Positions 1 through 8,616 of a stretch of 64,000 bases of DNA are shown piece by piece. The position numbers and the translations under genes were made by a program. The notes beneath the pieces are model-generated. The model saw only the letters and a program-made list of their open reading frames with translations, was not told the origin of the DNA and made no database searches. Location: the NCBI GenBank assembly GCA_027319585.1, contig DAHVMY010000001.1:6192-70191 (forward strand), in the 5' to 3' direction. Numbering within the stretch: position 1 is the first letter of the stretch; each line of letters starts with the position of its first letter. This stretch comes from Candidatus Dormiibacterota bacterium (GTDB taxonomy: Bacteria > Chloroflexota > Dormibacteria > Aeolococcales > Bog-877).

Positions 1-256
1 GGTCGGCGATGCCCAGGGCTTGAAGCAGCTCCCAGGTCTCGGGAGCCCGGACCAGCAGGCTTTCGGCACCAAGGTCCATCTGCACTCCGGCGAACGACTC
101 GGCGGCTACCCGACCGCCCAGGGTGGGGCCAGCCTCAAGCAGGTGCAGCTCGACCTCGCGGTGATGCTCGACTGCCAGCTGCCCGAGCCGGCGCGCGGCG
201 GCCAGCCCCGCCACCCCTCCACCCACGATCGCGAACCGGAGCGGGGGGGGATTCAA
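1..256 (-). CDS. hemY: Protoporphyrinogen/coproporphyrinogen III oxidase (HemY/CgoX type), N-terminal part; the gene runs off the window start
   Basis: My own minus-strand translation gives TTG(256)-NPPPLRFAIVGGGVAGLAAARRLGQ...LLEASPTLGGRVAAE, i.e. an FAD GxGxxG Rossmann motif plus a HemY-like GGR motif. TTGA start/stop overlap with hemH. Absent from the ORF track because it is truncated. Confidence 0.65.
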   Translation of the reverse strand, partial: MNPPPLRFAIVGGGVAGLAAARRLGQLAVEHHREVELHLLEAGPTLGGRVAAESFAGVQMDLGAESLLVRAPETWELLQALGIAD

Positions 257-1224
257 GCCGACTGTTGGATCTCGCGCTCGATCAGGTCGGCCAGGACCTC
301 GCGCACGAACTGGGGATCGGCGTTGGGCATCTTGGTGCGGGCGATGTTGACCTGAAGTCGTCGCGCCTCCTCCTGGGCCTCGTGATCAAGGTCGAAGAGC
401 ACCTCCAGGTGGTCGGCTACGAAGCCGCAGGCGCACACCAGGAAGTCCCGGCGACCCAGGGCCGCCTCCCGTCGCACCACCTCCAGCAGCTCCGGCCCCA
501 GCCACGGCTCGCCGGCTGACTGGGCCACGCTCTGCCAGCCGGTCGTCCAGTGGGGGAGGTCGAGGCTGGCCGCCACCGCCGCCGCGGTCTCTCCGAGCTG
601 GTCCGGGTAGGGGTCGCCCATCTGCCGCAGCCTGGCCGGCAGGCTGTGGGCGGTGAACACCACCAGGGCCTCCCGGGCACGATCGGGGCCCATGGCGTCC
701 AGCTCGGCTCGCACCTGGGCTGCGAGCCACGCTATGTACCCCTCGTGCAGGTGCCAATCCTCGATGAAGTCCAACTGGAGATCCCCGCCGCCGGCGGCAG
801 CGCGCAGCCGCTCGATGTAGCCGGCGACGCTCATGCTGGAGTAGTGGGGCGCCATCACCATGGCCACCACGCGCCGGACCCCGCGCGATTCGAGGTCGGC
901 CATCGCCTCCTCCAGGAATGGATGGTTGTGCTTCATGCCCACCACCACGTCCCAGTCATCTCCGTGAGCCGCGCGCAGCACCTCCCGCAGCGCGTCGGCC
1001 TGGGCGAAGGTGATCTCGGTCAGGGGCGAGTGCCCCCCGATGGCGGCGTATCGCCCCTCCAGTTCGGCCATCGCCTCCGGGTCGGGCGTCCGGCCGCCGC
1101 GCATGTGGGTGTAGTAGGGGAGGATGTCGGCGCGGTCACGTGGACTGCCGTACGCCATCAGCAGGACGGCCTGGGTGGCGGTCGCGGCGGGGGCGGGAGG
1201 GGCGCTCTGCGATGCGCTGCTCAA
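253..1224 (-). CDS. hemH: Ferrochelatase
   Basis: 323-aa ORF with AVLLMAYGSPRD, VVFTAHSLPARL and CGFVADHLEVLFDLD. Adjacent to hemY. Confidence 0.9.
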   Translation of the reverse strand: MSSASQSAPPAPAATATQAVLLMAYGSPRDRADILPYYTHMRGGRTPDPEAMAELEGRYAAIGGHSPLTEITFAQADALREVLRAAHGDDWDVVVGMKHNHPFLEEAMADLESRGVRRVVAMVMAPHYSSMSVAGYIERLRAAAGGGDLQLDFIEDWHLHEGYIAWLAAQVRAELDAMGPDRAREALVVFTAHSLPARLRQMGDPYPDQLGETAAAVAASLDLPHWTTGWQSVAQSAGEPWLGPELLEVVRREAALGRRDFLVCACGFVADHLEVLFDLDHEAQEEARRLQVNIARTKMPNADPQFVREVLADLIEREIQQSA

Positions 1225-1343
1225 AGTCGGTCACCTCGTTGTGCTCTCGGACACCAACACACGTCTCCCCAGGGCAACTGTATCGAAGTGGCCGCCCGGG
1301 AGGTGGTTGCTAAAGTGAGAGCCGATTTGGCAAGGCAGAGCAG

Positions 1344-2456
1344 TTGATGGGGGACCCTTCGCCGGTTGTGGCCGGGCCGGACGCTATGGCCCCCGGCGCC
1401 GACCTGATGGCCGGGGCCGCGACCGTGCTGGGGCTCGAGCCCCAGGCGCGTCGCGAGCGCCTGCGGGCGCTGGGGTCTGATCTCGCGCTCGGCCTCTTCG
1501 AGGCCATGGCCCGGCTGCGGGCATTCGATGAGCGCGCGGTGATCCTGCAGCGTCAGGGGGTGATCGGCACCTATCCGACCTATTTCGGGGAGGAGGCGGT
1601 GCAGGCCGCCAGCGTCCTGGCGCTGACCGCGGACGACTGGCTCTTCCCCACCTACCGTCAGACCGCGGCGGTCACCCTCCGCGGCTGCCCCCCGGAGGTG
1701 CCGCTGCTGATGTGGAGAGGGCACCCGGGGGGATGGCACGACGTCATGCGCTACCGGGTGGCCCCCGTCTGCGTCCCGGTCGCGACCAACTATCCACACG
1801 CGGTGGGAGCCGCCTGGGGTTCGCGGCTGATGGGGCTGGACGCGGTGGCCCTCGTCTACGGCGGAGACGGCTCCACGTCCGCGGGCGAGTTCCACGAGGC
1901 CTGCAATCTCGCGGCTGTGGTCGGGGCTCCGGTCATCTTCCTGGTGACCAACAACCAGTGGGCAATCAGCACCCCCATCAGCAAACAGACGCGGGTGGTC
2001 CGGCTCGCGGACAAGGCCGCCGCCTACGGCATGCCCGGGCTCAGGGTGGACGCGTTCGACGTCTTCGCCTGCCACGAGGTGATCAGCGCCGCCGCGGCGC
2101 GCGCCCGGCGGGGGGAGGGGCCGACACTGGTCGAGGCGGTGGGCTATCGCCTCGGACCCCACGGGACTGCGGACGAGCCATCTCTCTATCGCGACCCCGC
2201 CCAGGCTCACCGGTGGGACCAGATGGAGCCGATTCACCGCACCGAGGCGGCTCTGGTGGAGGCCGGCCTGGCGGACGCCGATCAGCTGACCAGGGTTCGT
2301 CAGGGCGCCGCCGACGCGCTGCGCGATGTGGCGGATCGGCTGGTGGCGCGGCCGCTCCCCTCCATCGAGGAGATCGCTGACTCGGTGCACGCGGCGACGC
2401 CCTGGACGCTGTCGGCGGAGCGGCTGCGCGAGCCGGGTTGGGTGAGGGGGCAGTAG
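1344..2456 (+). CDS. 2-oxoacid (pyruvate/branched-chain) dehydrogenase E1 alpha subunit, TPP-dependent
   Basis: GTYPTYFGEEAVQAASV and YGGDGSTSAGEFHEACNLAAVVGAPVIFLVTNNQWAIS (TPP-binding motif). Followed by E1 beta and E2. Confidence 0.9.
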   Translation: MMGDPSPVVAGPDAMAPGADLMAGAATVLGLEPQARRERLRALGSDLALGLFEAMARLRAFDERAVILQRQGVIGTYPTYFGEEAVQAASVLALTADDWLFPTYRQTAAVTLRGCPPEVPLLMWRGHPGGWHDVMRYRVAPVCVPVATNYPHAVGAAWGSRLMGLDAVALVYGGDGSTSAGEFHEACNLAAVVGAPVIFLVTNNQWAISTPISKQTRVVRLADKAAAYGMPGLRVDAFDVFACHEVISAAAARARRGEGPTLVEAVGYRLGPHGTADEPSLYRDPAQAHRWDQMEPIHRTEAALVEAGLADADQLTRVRQGAADALRDVADRLVARPLPSIEEIADSVHAATPWTLSAERLREPGWVRGQ

Positions 2457-2462
2457 CTGTCT

Positions 2463-3440
2463 GTGCCTGAGCTGAACATGGTGGAAGCGATCGGGCAGGG
2501 CCTGGCGCAGATCCTGGAGCAGGATCCCAGGGCGCTCTTGCTGGGCGAGGACATCGGCGTCAACGGCGGCGTGTTCCGTGCCACCGCTGGCCTCCAGCAG
2601 CGCTTTGGCGAGGAACGGGTGGTGGACACGCCCCTGGCGGAGGCCGGCTTCGTGGGCGCCGCGATCGGGATGAGCATGGTGGGACTCCATCCCATCGTGG
2701 AGATCCAATTCGACGCCTTCGTCTACCCAGCGCTGCAGCAGTTGATCTCTCACGCGGGGCGCTACCGCTGGCGCACCGGAGGCACCGCCGGCCTGCCCAT
2801 GGTGCTGCGCCTTCCCTATGGGGGTGGCACCAAGGCCCCCGAGCTGCACTCCGACTCTCCGGAGACCATCTTCAGCCACATGCCGGGGCTGAGGGTGGTG
2901 GTGCCCGCGGATCCGCTGGGAGCAGGGCAACTGCTGCTGGCGGCGGCCGCCTGCCCTGACCCGGTCATCTTCATGGAGCCGAAGCGGATGTACCGCCGCG
3001 GGCGCCAGGAGGTGCCGCCGCAGTTCGCGGCCTGCGCGCTTGACTCCGGAGTCACCGTGCGGGACGGTCGCGATCTGCTGCTGGTCGCTTACGGCAGCAT
3101 GCTCGAGGTGGCGAACCGAGCAGCCGAGGTTCTGGAGTCGGAGGGGATATCCGCGATGGTCATCGACCTGCGCAGCATCTACCCGCTCGATCGCGAGCTG
3201 CTGCTGGGCGCCGCCCGCCGAGTGGGCCGGGTGGTGGTGGTCCAGGAGGCACCGCGGCATTGCGGTATCGCCGCCGAGATTGCGGCGCTGTTGCAGGAGG
3301 AGGCGGCGGATCAGATGCTGGCGCCGACCCTGCGGGTGACGGGCATGGACATGCCGTTCCCACTGTTCCAGAGCGAGGATGAGGCGCTCCCATCGGTGGA
3401 TCGGGTGGTGACGGCGGCCCATGCCGCCGTCTCCTACTGA
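2463..3440 (+). CDS. 2-oxoacid dehydrogenase E1 beta subunit
   Basis: LLGEDIGVNGGVFRATAGLQQRFGEERVVDTPLAEAG; transketolase-like pyrimidine-binding and C-terminal domains. Confidence 0.9.
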   Translation: MPELNMVEAIGQGLAQILEQDPRALLLGEDIGVNGGVFRATAGLQQRFGEERVVDTPLAEAGFVGAAIGMSMVGLHPIVEIQFDAFVYPALQQLISHAGRYRWRTGGTAGLPMVLRLPYGGGTKAPELHSDSPETIFSHMPGLRVVVPADPLGAGQLLLAAAACPDPVIFMEPKRMYRRGRQEVPPQFAACALDSGVTVRDGRDLLLVAYGSMLEVANRAAEVLESEGISAMVIDLRSIYPLDRELLLGAARRVGRVVVVQEAPRHCGIAAEIAALLQEEAADQMLAPTLRVTGMDMPFPLFQSEDEALPSVDRVVTAAHAAVSY

Positions 3441-3449
3441 GGCTCGCTG

Positions 3450-4583
3450 GTGGCCGAGTTCAACCTGCCCGACCTCGGCGAGGGTGTCACCGAGGGCGAG
3501 GTGATCGAATGGCGGGTCGAGGAGGGTGCGGCGATCGCTCGCGACCAGATTCTGGTCGTGGTGGGAACCGACAAGGCGACGGTCGAGATCCCCTCACCCT
3601 TTGAGGGGGTGGTGGATTCCATCCTGGCTCCGGCGGGAGCCGTGGTCGAGGTGGGCAAGCCGCTGATTCGCGTCAGCACCGCGATGGACGAAGCCGCGGC
3701 GTCGGCCCCCCCGCCAGCGGAGCCGCGCCGTTCCCAGAGCGAGTCAGCACCACCTCGCAGGGAGGCTCCCGGAGCCAGGGTGGCGGCGCTGCCCTCGGTG
3801 CGCAAGCGTGCTCGGGAACAAGGAGTCGCCCTGGAGGCGGTCGTCGGCAGCGGTCCCACGGGACGGGTGCGGATGACCGATCTGTTGGGCTCGGGGCGCC
3901 GCGTCCCATTGCGCGGTGCGCAGCGCGTGATGGCGGAGCGGATGGCGCTGGCGCACCGGCATGTACCGCAGGTGACGGTGGTGTTGGAGTGCGATTTCGA
4001 AGCGGTCGAGGAGGTTGTGCACCACGCTGCCTCCGACGGTTCGCCGAGCGCCAGCATTCTCGGCCTGGTCGCGCTGGCGACCCTAAAGGGCCTTCGGGAG
4101 AGCCCGATCTTCGACGCCAGCTTCGACGAGGAGCGGATGGAGCTCGTGTACCCCCGCTCAACCCATCTCGGGATTGCGGTGCAGACCGCCCAGGGCTTGA
4201 AGGTCGCGACCATCCGAGATGCGGGTGGCCGTGCGCCGGCGGAACTCCAGCTGGAATTGGATCGCCTGATCGCGGCCGCCAGGGCCGGCTCCCTGCCGCC
4301 CGCGGACCTGACCGGCTCCACCTTCACTATCTCCAGCGGCGGCCGGCTGGGGGGGCTGATGGCGACCACTCTGGTCAACTGGCCGAATGTCGCCACCCTG
4401 GGGGTGCACCAGATCGAGGCGCGGCCTGTGGTGCGCGACGGCGCGGTCGTGGTCGGCCGGTGCGCAAATCTCTCGCTGTCGTTCGACCACCGCGTCATCG
4501 ACGGGATGGCGGCCTCCTCGTTCCTCTACGGGCTTAGGGACCGGCTCCAGCGCCCACTGGAGTTGCTGACCAGCCCGACGTGA
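3450..4583 (+). CDS. Dihydrolipoamide acyltransferase E2
   Basis: One lipoyl domain (GTDKATVEIPSPFEG), a peripheral subunit-binding domain (LPSVRKRAREQGVALEAVVGSGPTGRV) and a catalytic SLSFDHRVIDG motif. Confidence 0.9.
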   Translation: MAEFNLPDLGEGVTEGEVIEWRVEEGAAIARDQILVVVGTDKATVEIPSPFEGVVDSILAPAGAVVEVGKPLIRVSTAMDEAAASAPPPAEPRRSQSESAPPRREAPGARVAALPSVRKRAREQGVALEAVVGSGPTGRVRMTDLLGSGRRVPLRGAQRVMAERMALAHRHVPQVTVVLECDFEAVEEVVHHAASDGSPSASILGLVALATLKGLRESPIFDASFDEERMELVYPRSTHLGIAVQTAQGLKVATIRDAGGRAPAELQLELDRLIAAARAGSLPPADLTGSTFTISSGGRLGGLMATTLVNWPNVATLGVHQIEARPVVRDGAVVVGRCANLSLSFDHRVIDGMAASSFLYGLRDRLQRPLELLTSPT

Positions 4584-4915
4584 GTTGGGGGCCCCGCTCC
4601 AAGGGCACGCCTCCACCGACCGTCGGGGCCACCTGAGATGGGCCCGGCTCATGCGGCGCTCGGGCTAGGGGCCCGGGCCTTCCTGATGCGGCCCCCCGGG
4701 GCTCACCTCTTGCTGGTGGGGATTGGTTCTAGGGAGCTGGTGCAGGCCCACGCCCAGGAAGGCTCCCGAGAATGGCGGAATCCGCCTCGCGGCGGGCGCG
4801 GAAATCGCCGACCCCGGGAAGCCCCCGGTTCGGATGGAACCGCTCGGTGGGCGGCGGTCCGGGTGCCGCCGCACCAGCCCCGCCGTCCTTCCAGACCCTG
4901 ACGGGTGCGGTACGT

Positions 4916-5001
4916 TGGTGCCGAGACCGGGAGTTGAACCCGGACGAGCTTGCGCTCACTGCCCCCTCAAAGCAGCGTGTCTACCATTTCACCACCTCGG
5001 C
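4916..5001 (-). tRNA. tRNA-Leu (anticodon GAG), CCA encoded
   Basis: Reverse complement is GCCGAGGTGGTGAAATGGTAGACACGCTGCTTTGAGGGGGCAGTGAGCGCAAGCTCGTCCGGGTTCAACTCCCGGTCTCGGCACCA. It has a 7-bp acceptor stem, anticodon stem CTGCT/GGCAG with loop TTGAGGG, a long variable arm and T arm CCGGG-TTCAACT-CCCGG. Confidence 0.9.
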
Positions 5002-5028
5002 CCGACGGGGGAATCTTAACCAATCCGG

Positions 5029-7269
5029 TTGGGCGTGGCAGGGCGTGGCGCTTGGGACAATTGCGGCATGGTGGATCCAATAGCTGAAGCCGGCGCGCTC
5101 AAGGTCACCCCCGCCACCAGGGGACCCCAGCGGATCACCGCGAACCACGGGGCCACGTTCCTGGTGGCGGGCGCCGACGGTGCCATATCGCGGGACGAGG
5201 ACGGTTGGGGGCTGTTCCACTCCGACACCCGTTTCATATCCCGGTACCAGATCGAACTGGACGGAGTCCCGCTGAGACCGCTCTCGTACTCCCAGCCGGC
5301 TCACTGGCGAGCCCGATGGGAGCTGATGGGCGCGGCCAGGGGGGAGGTGGCGCCGGGGGAGCAGCCCCCGGCAACGGTCACGGTCACAGTCGATCGGACC
5401 CTGGGCCCGGGACGGATGCATGAGGAGATCACGGTTCGGCAGTGGGGCGGGACCCGAGCGCATCTGCTCCTCACCATCGCCCTGGAGAGTGACTTTGCGG
5501 ACCTGTTCGAGGTCCGCACCCGGCGCTGGCAGCGCCGGGGCCCCATCTCCACGACCTGGGACTACCGCAGAGGTCTGGAGACCGTCTACCGGCGGGATGA
5601 CTTCGTGCGCCGCCACCGGATCCGCTTCCGGCCCTGGGTCCCCGGAACCGGCTATGCGAACGGGGCGCTGCGCTTCCCCATCGACGTGGAGGCGGGCAAG
5701 GAGTGGCGGCTCTGTCTCCAGCATGACCTCATCGACCACGCCGGCGCCCGGCCGGCACTGCAGCCGTGCCCCACCGATGGGCAGGCAGCCACCCGGCTGC
5801 AGTCGACCCGGCAGCGCCGCTGGCTGGCACGCGCTCCCCGGCTTCGCTGCAGCGACCGTCGCCTTACCGAGGCGTACTGGCGGTCGCTCCAGGACTTCTC
5901 CTCGCTGCGCCTTCACGAGTTCGACCTGGGTGCCGACCTCTGGATGCCGGCGGCCGGCCTGCCCTGGTTCGCCGCTTTGTTCGGGCGCGACTCCCTACTC
6001 GCGGCGCACCAGGCGCTGATGGTCGACCACCGTCTGGCGCTCACCACCCTGCGGCGCCTGGGGGAGTTGCAGGCGACCGTCGAGGATCCCTTCCGCGATG
6101 CCCAGCCGGGGAAGATCCCGCATGAGTTGCGCCGTGGGGAATGGGCGAGGTTCGGGATCGTGCCCCACTCGCCGTACTACGGGACCGCCGATGCGACGTC
6201 TCTGTTCCTGCTTTTGCTCGGGAGCCTCTGGCGGTGGCACGGTGACGCGGCCGCCCTTCGGCCGCTGGAGGGGGTGGCCCGCAGGTGCCTGGACTGGGTG
6301 GATCGGTACGGAGACCTTGACGGGGACGGACTCCAGGAGTACCGGCGCCAGTTGGAGACCAACTACCGCAACCAGGGCTGGCGGGATGCTGAGGACGGAA
6401 TCCTCGACGAGTTGGGAGATCCGCCGCCGCTTCCGATCGGAACCTGCGAGATGCAGGCCTACGTGTTCGCCGGCAAGCGTGGCTGTGCCGGCCTGTTCGA
6501 GGCCTGGGGGGATGCCGTGACGGCCGCCCGGCTGAAGCAGGAGGCAGAGGAGCTCCGCGACCGTTTTCGCCAGGCCTTCCTGGATCCCGCGACCGGGCAA
6601 CTGGCGCTGGCGCTGGACGGGAGCAAGCGCCGGGTGATGTCGGCGACCTCCAATCCGGGACATTGCCTCTGGGCGGGCATAGTCGCCGAGGAGGATGTCG
6701 GCGCCGTCACCAACCGGCTGATGCAGCCCGACCTCTGCTGCGGGTGGGGGCTCAGAACGCTCTCCAGCGACCATCCCGCCTTCGATCCGCACAGTTACCA
6801 GCGGGGGTCGGTCTGGCCCCATGACACGGTCATCGCCGCCGACGGCATGATCCGCCACGGGCACCTGGAGGAGGGCTGGCGACTGCTGGACGGGGTTCTG
6901 GCGGCGGCGGCGGCCTTTGAGGGGTTCCAACTCCCCGAGCTGTTCAGCGGCCTGGTCCGGTCGGAGGGCGATGTCCCGGTCCCGTACCCTCAGGCGAACC
7001 GGCCCCAGGCCTGGGCCTCAGGATCGGTGTTCCACGCCATCCGCGCAATCCTGGGTCTGCACCCCGATCTCCCCTCCGGACGCATCTACCTCAACCCGCG
7101 GCTCCCGCCCTGGTGCCCGGAGATCTCGGTCGCGGAGATCAGGCTCGGCAGCGGCAGGCTCGCCGTGGAGGCGCACCGCCGGCGTGACGGGTCGACCGAG
7201 ATGGCCGCCAGCCTCTCGGGTGTAGGCGCCGAGGTCATCCAGGCGGACGCGCCCTGGCTGGGGGAGTGA
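5029..7269 (+). CDS. Amylo-alpha-1,6-glucosidase / glycogen-debranching-enzyme-like protein (GDE_C type)
   Basis: 746-aa ORF with LPWFAALFGRDSLLAAHQ and GKIPHELRRGE, as in the (alpha/alpha)6 GDE_C family. The true start is possibly the ATG at 5068 (MVDPIAEAG). Confidence 0.8.
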   Translation: MGVAGRGAWDNCGMVDPIAEAGALKVTPATRGPQRITANHGATFLVAGADGAISRDEDGWGLFHSDTRFISRYQIELDGVPLRPLSYSQPAHWRARWELMGAARGEVAPGEQPPATVTVTVDRTLGPGRMHEEITVRQWGGTRAHLLLTIALESDFADLFEVRTRRWQRRGPISTTWDYRRGLETVYRRDDFVRRHRIRFRPWVPGTGYANGALRFPIDVEAGKEWRLCLQHDLIDHAGARPALQPCPTDGQAATRLQSTRQRRWLARAPRLRCSDRRLTEAYWRSLQDFSSLRLHEFDLGADLWMPAAGLPWFAALFGRDSLLAAHQALMVDHRLALTTLRRLGELQATVEDPFRDAQPGKIPHELRRGEWARFGIVPHSPYYGTADATSLFLLLLGSLWRWHGDAAALRPLEGVARRCLDWVDRYGDLDGDGLQEYRRQLETNYRNQGWRDAEDGILDELGDPPPLPIGTCEMQAYVFAGKRGCAGLFEAWGDAVTAARLKQEAEELRDRFRQAFLDPATGQLALALDGSKRRVMSATSNPGHCLWAGIVAEEDVGAVTNRLMQPDLCCGWGLRTLSSDHPAFDPHSYQRGSVWPHDTVIAADGMIRHGHLEEGWRLLDGVLAAAAAFEGFQLPELFSGLVRSEGDVPVPYPQANRPQAWASGSVFHAIRAILGLHPDLPSGRIYLNPRLPPWCPEISVAEIRLGSGRLAVEAHRRRDGSTEMAASLSGVGAEVIQADAPWLGE

Positions 7270-8349
7270 TTCGACCGCCCAGTCGCCGGCCTGAGTGGAG
7301 AGGTAGAGTGCCTCGTACTCGACGGCCATCCGCTCGGGGCTGAAGCGGTTCCGAGCCCGGGCCGCGATCCGGCTGGGCTCCAACTCCGAGCAGAGGGGGA
7401 CGAGCTCTGCCAGCCCAACGGGGGCGTCCGCGAGAAAGCCGGTCCGCCCCGGCTCGATCAGCTCGGTCGCAGCGCCTCGCGGCGTGGCCAGGACCGGGGT
7501 GCCGCTCGCCATCGCCTCCACCATCGCCAGGCCGAACGGCTCCTCCCACTGCAACGGGGCCAGCAGAGCCCAGGCCCGCCGCAAGAGTTCCGCCTTCTGA
7601 GCGCCCGCGACGTTGGCCAGGTGCACCACTCTGGAACCGTCGACGTGGGGCGCCACCTGCGTCTCGAAGTACTGGCGCGACTTCGGGGTGGGCTCGACCT
7701 TGCCCGCCAGCACCAGGCGCATACCCACGCGGCGGGCGATCTCGATCGCCAGGTGCTGCCCCTTCTCAGGGCAGATTCGCGCCAGCGTCAGCAGGTACGG
7801 CTCCTTGTCGGCAGGCCCGGCGATCCGCAGGGAGTCCACGTCGACCGCGTTGTGGACCACGCCGGCCCAGGCGAGCTGCGGCGCCGCCGCCGCCTGGGCG
7901 CGGGAGATCGCCACCAGGCGTGCCGTCGGCCCGAGCGTCCGGTAGAACTCGGTCTCGGCGGGCCCCAGGGGACCGTGGACCGTGTGAATGACCGGGAGCT
8001 CGGGCGTGAGCCCGGTCAGGGCGGCCAGCACGATCCCTCCGGAGTGGTCGTGGATGATGGCGCCGCGGGCATGCTGGCGCACCCAGCCCAATGCGCGACG
8101 GCCGTAGGCGAGATCGAACCAGCGCTCGTCCGGTAACCCGAGGTGGTGACTCCACTCGGGGCGGGCCAGGCGCACGGCCGCAGGGTCCGTGGCCTGCTCG
8201 GTGGTCAGGACGTGGACCGTGTGGCCGAGGCGGCGCAGGCCGTTCGCCAGCAGCCCCACCACCAGCTCGATGCCCCCGTAGCCGATCGGGGGGACCGGAT
8301 ACCAAGGTGGGGATACGAGAACGACCTTCACCTCCGTAGAGCTCCGCAA
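7018..8349 (-). CDS. Glycosyltransferase family 4 (GT-B)
   Basis: VLVSPPWYPVPPIGYGGIELVV at the N-terminus and EEPFGLAMVEAMASGTPVLATPRGAATELI (E-x7-E). The last ~85 codons run antisense to the 3' end of the GDE-like gene. Confidence 0.85.
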   Translation of the reverse strand: MRSSTEVKVVLVSPPWYPVPPIGYGGIELVVGLLANGLRRLGHTVHVLTTEQATDPAAVRLARPEWSHHLGLPDERWFDLAYGRRALGWVRQHARGAIIHDHSGGIVLAALTGLTPELPVIHTVHGPLGPAETEFYRTLGPTARLVAISRAQAAAAPQLAWAGVVHNAVDVDSLRIAGPADKEPYLLTLARICPEKGQHLAIEIARRVGMRLVLAGKVEPTPKSRQYFETQVAPHVDGSRVVHLANVAGAQKAELLRRAWALLAPLQWEEPFGLAMVEAMASGTPVLATPRGAATELIEPGRTGFLADAPVGLAELVPLCSELEPSRIAARARNRFSPERMAVEYEALYLSTQAGDWAVESLPQPGRVRLDDLGAYTREAGGHLGRPVTPAVRLHGEPAAAEPDLRDRDLRAPGREPRVEVDASGGEIGVQTQDCADGVEHRS

Positions 8350-8427
8350 CGTCCTGCACTCCCTTCGGCTTGGAGTTACCCGGCCGATCTCCCCCCCAAA
8401 CGCGTTCGGCCGTGGTACGCTGCCCTG

Positions 8428-8560
8428 GTCTTCGGGGCAGGGTGAGAATCCCGACCGGCGGTGACAGCCCGCGAGCGCCAGCCGGCGCAGGATCCGGTGC
8501 GATTCCGGAGCCGACAGTCAGAGACCATCGCGGTGGTCTCGAGTCTGGATGGGAGAGGAC
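8428..8560 (+). promoter_or_regulatory. FMN riboswitch (RFN element) upstream of ribD
   Basis: GTCTTCGGGGCAGGGTGAGAATCCCGACCGGCGGTGACAGCCCGCGAGCG...GGATCCGGTGCGATTCCGGAGCCGACAGT...AGTCTGGATGGGAGAGGAC closely matches the B. subtilis ribD leader. P1 pairs gtcttc with gaggac. Downstream, ctccctgc (8588-8595) can pair with gcaaggag (8603-8610), which contains the ribD Shine-Dalgarno, so translational control is likely. Confidence 0.9.
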
Positions 8561-8616
8561 GATTCCGGGGTGGATTCCCGCTTCGGCTCCCTGCCTCGAG
8601 CGCAAGGAGTCGATGA

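Noticed and set aside
1221-3422. 733-aa ORF antisense to the E1 alpha/beta genes
   Set aside because: It mirrors two well-supported dehydrogenase genes. It is His/Arg/Gln/Pro-rich with no recognisable domain.
4584-4915. 330-nt ORF-free stretch between E2 and tRNA-Leu(GAG), examined for SRP RNA, 6S RNA or riboswitch motifs
   Set aside because: I found no GGAAGCAGCC-type SRP helix-8 motif and no other recognisable conserved core, only generic GC hairpins (for example ggcggc-N9-gccgcc downstream of the tRNA). It most likely holds the tRNA terminator and the promoter of the neighbouring gene.
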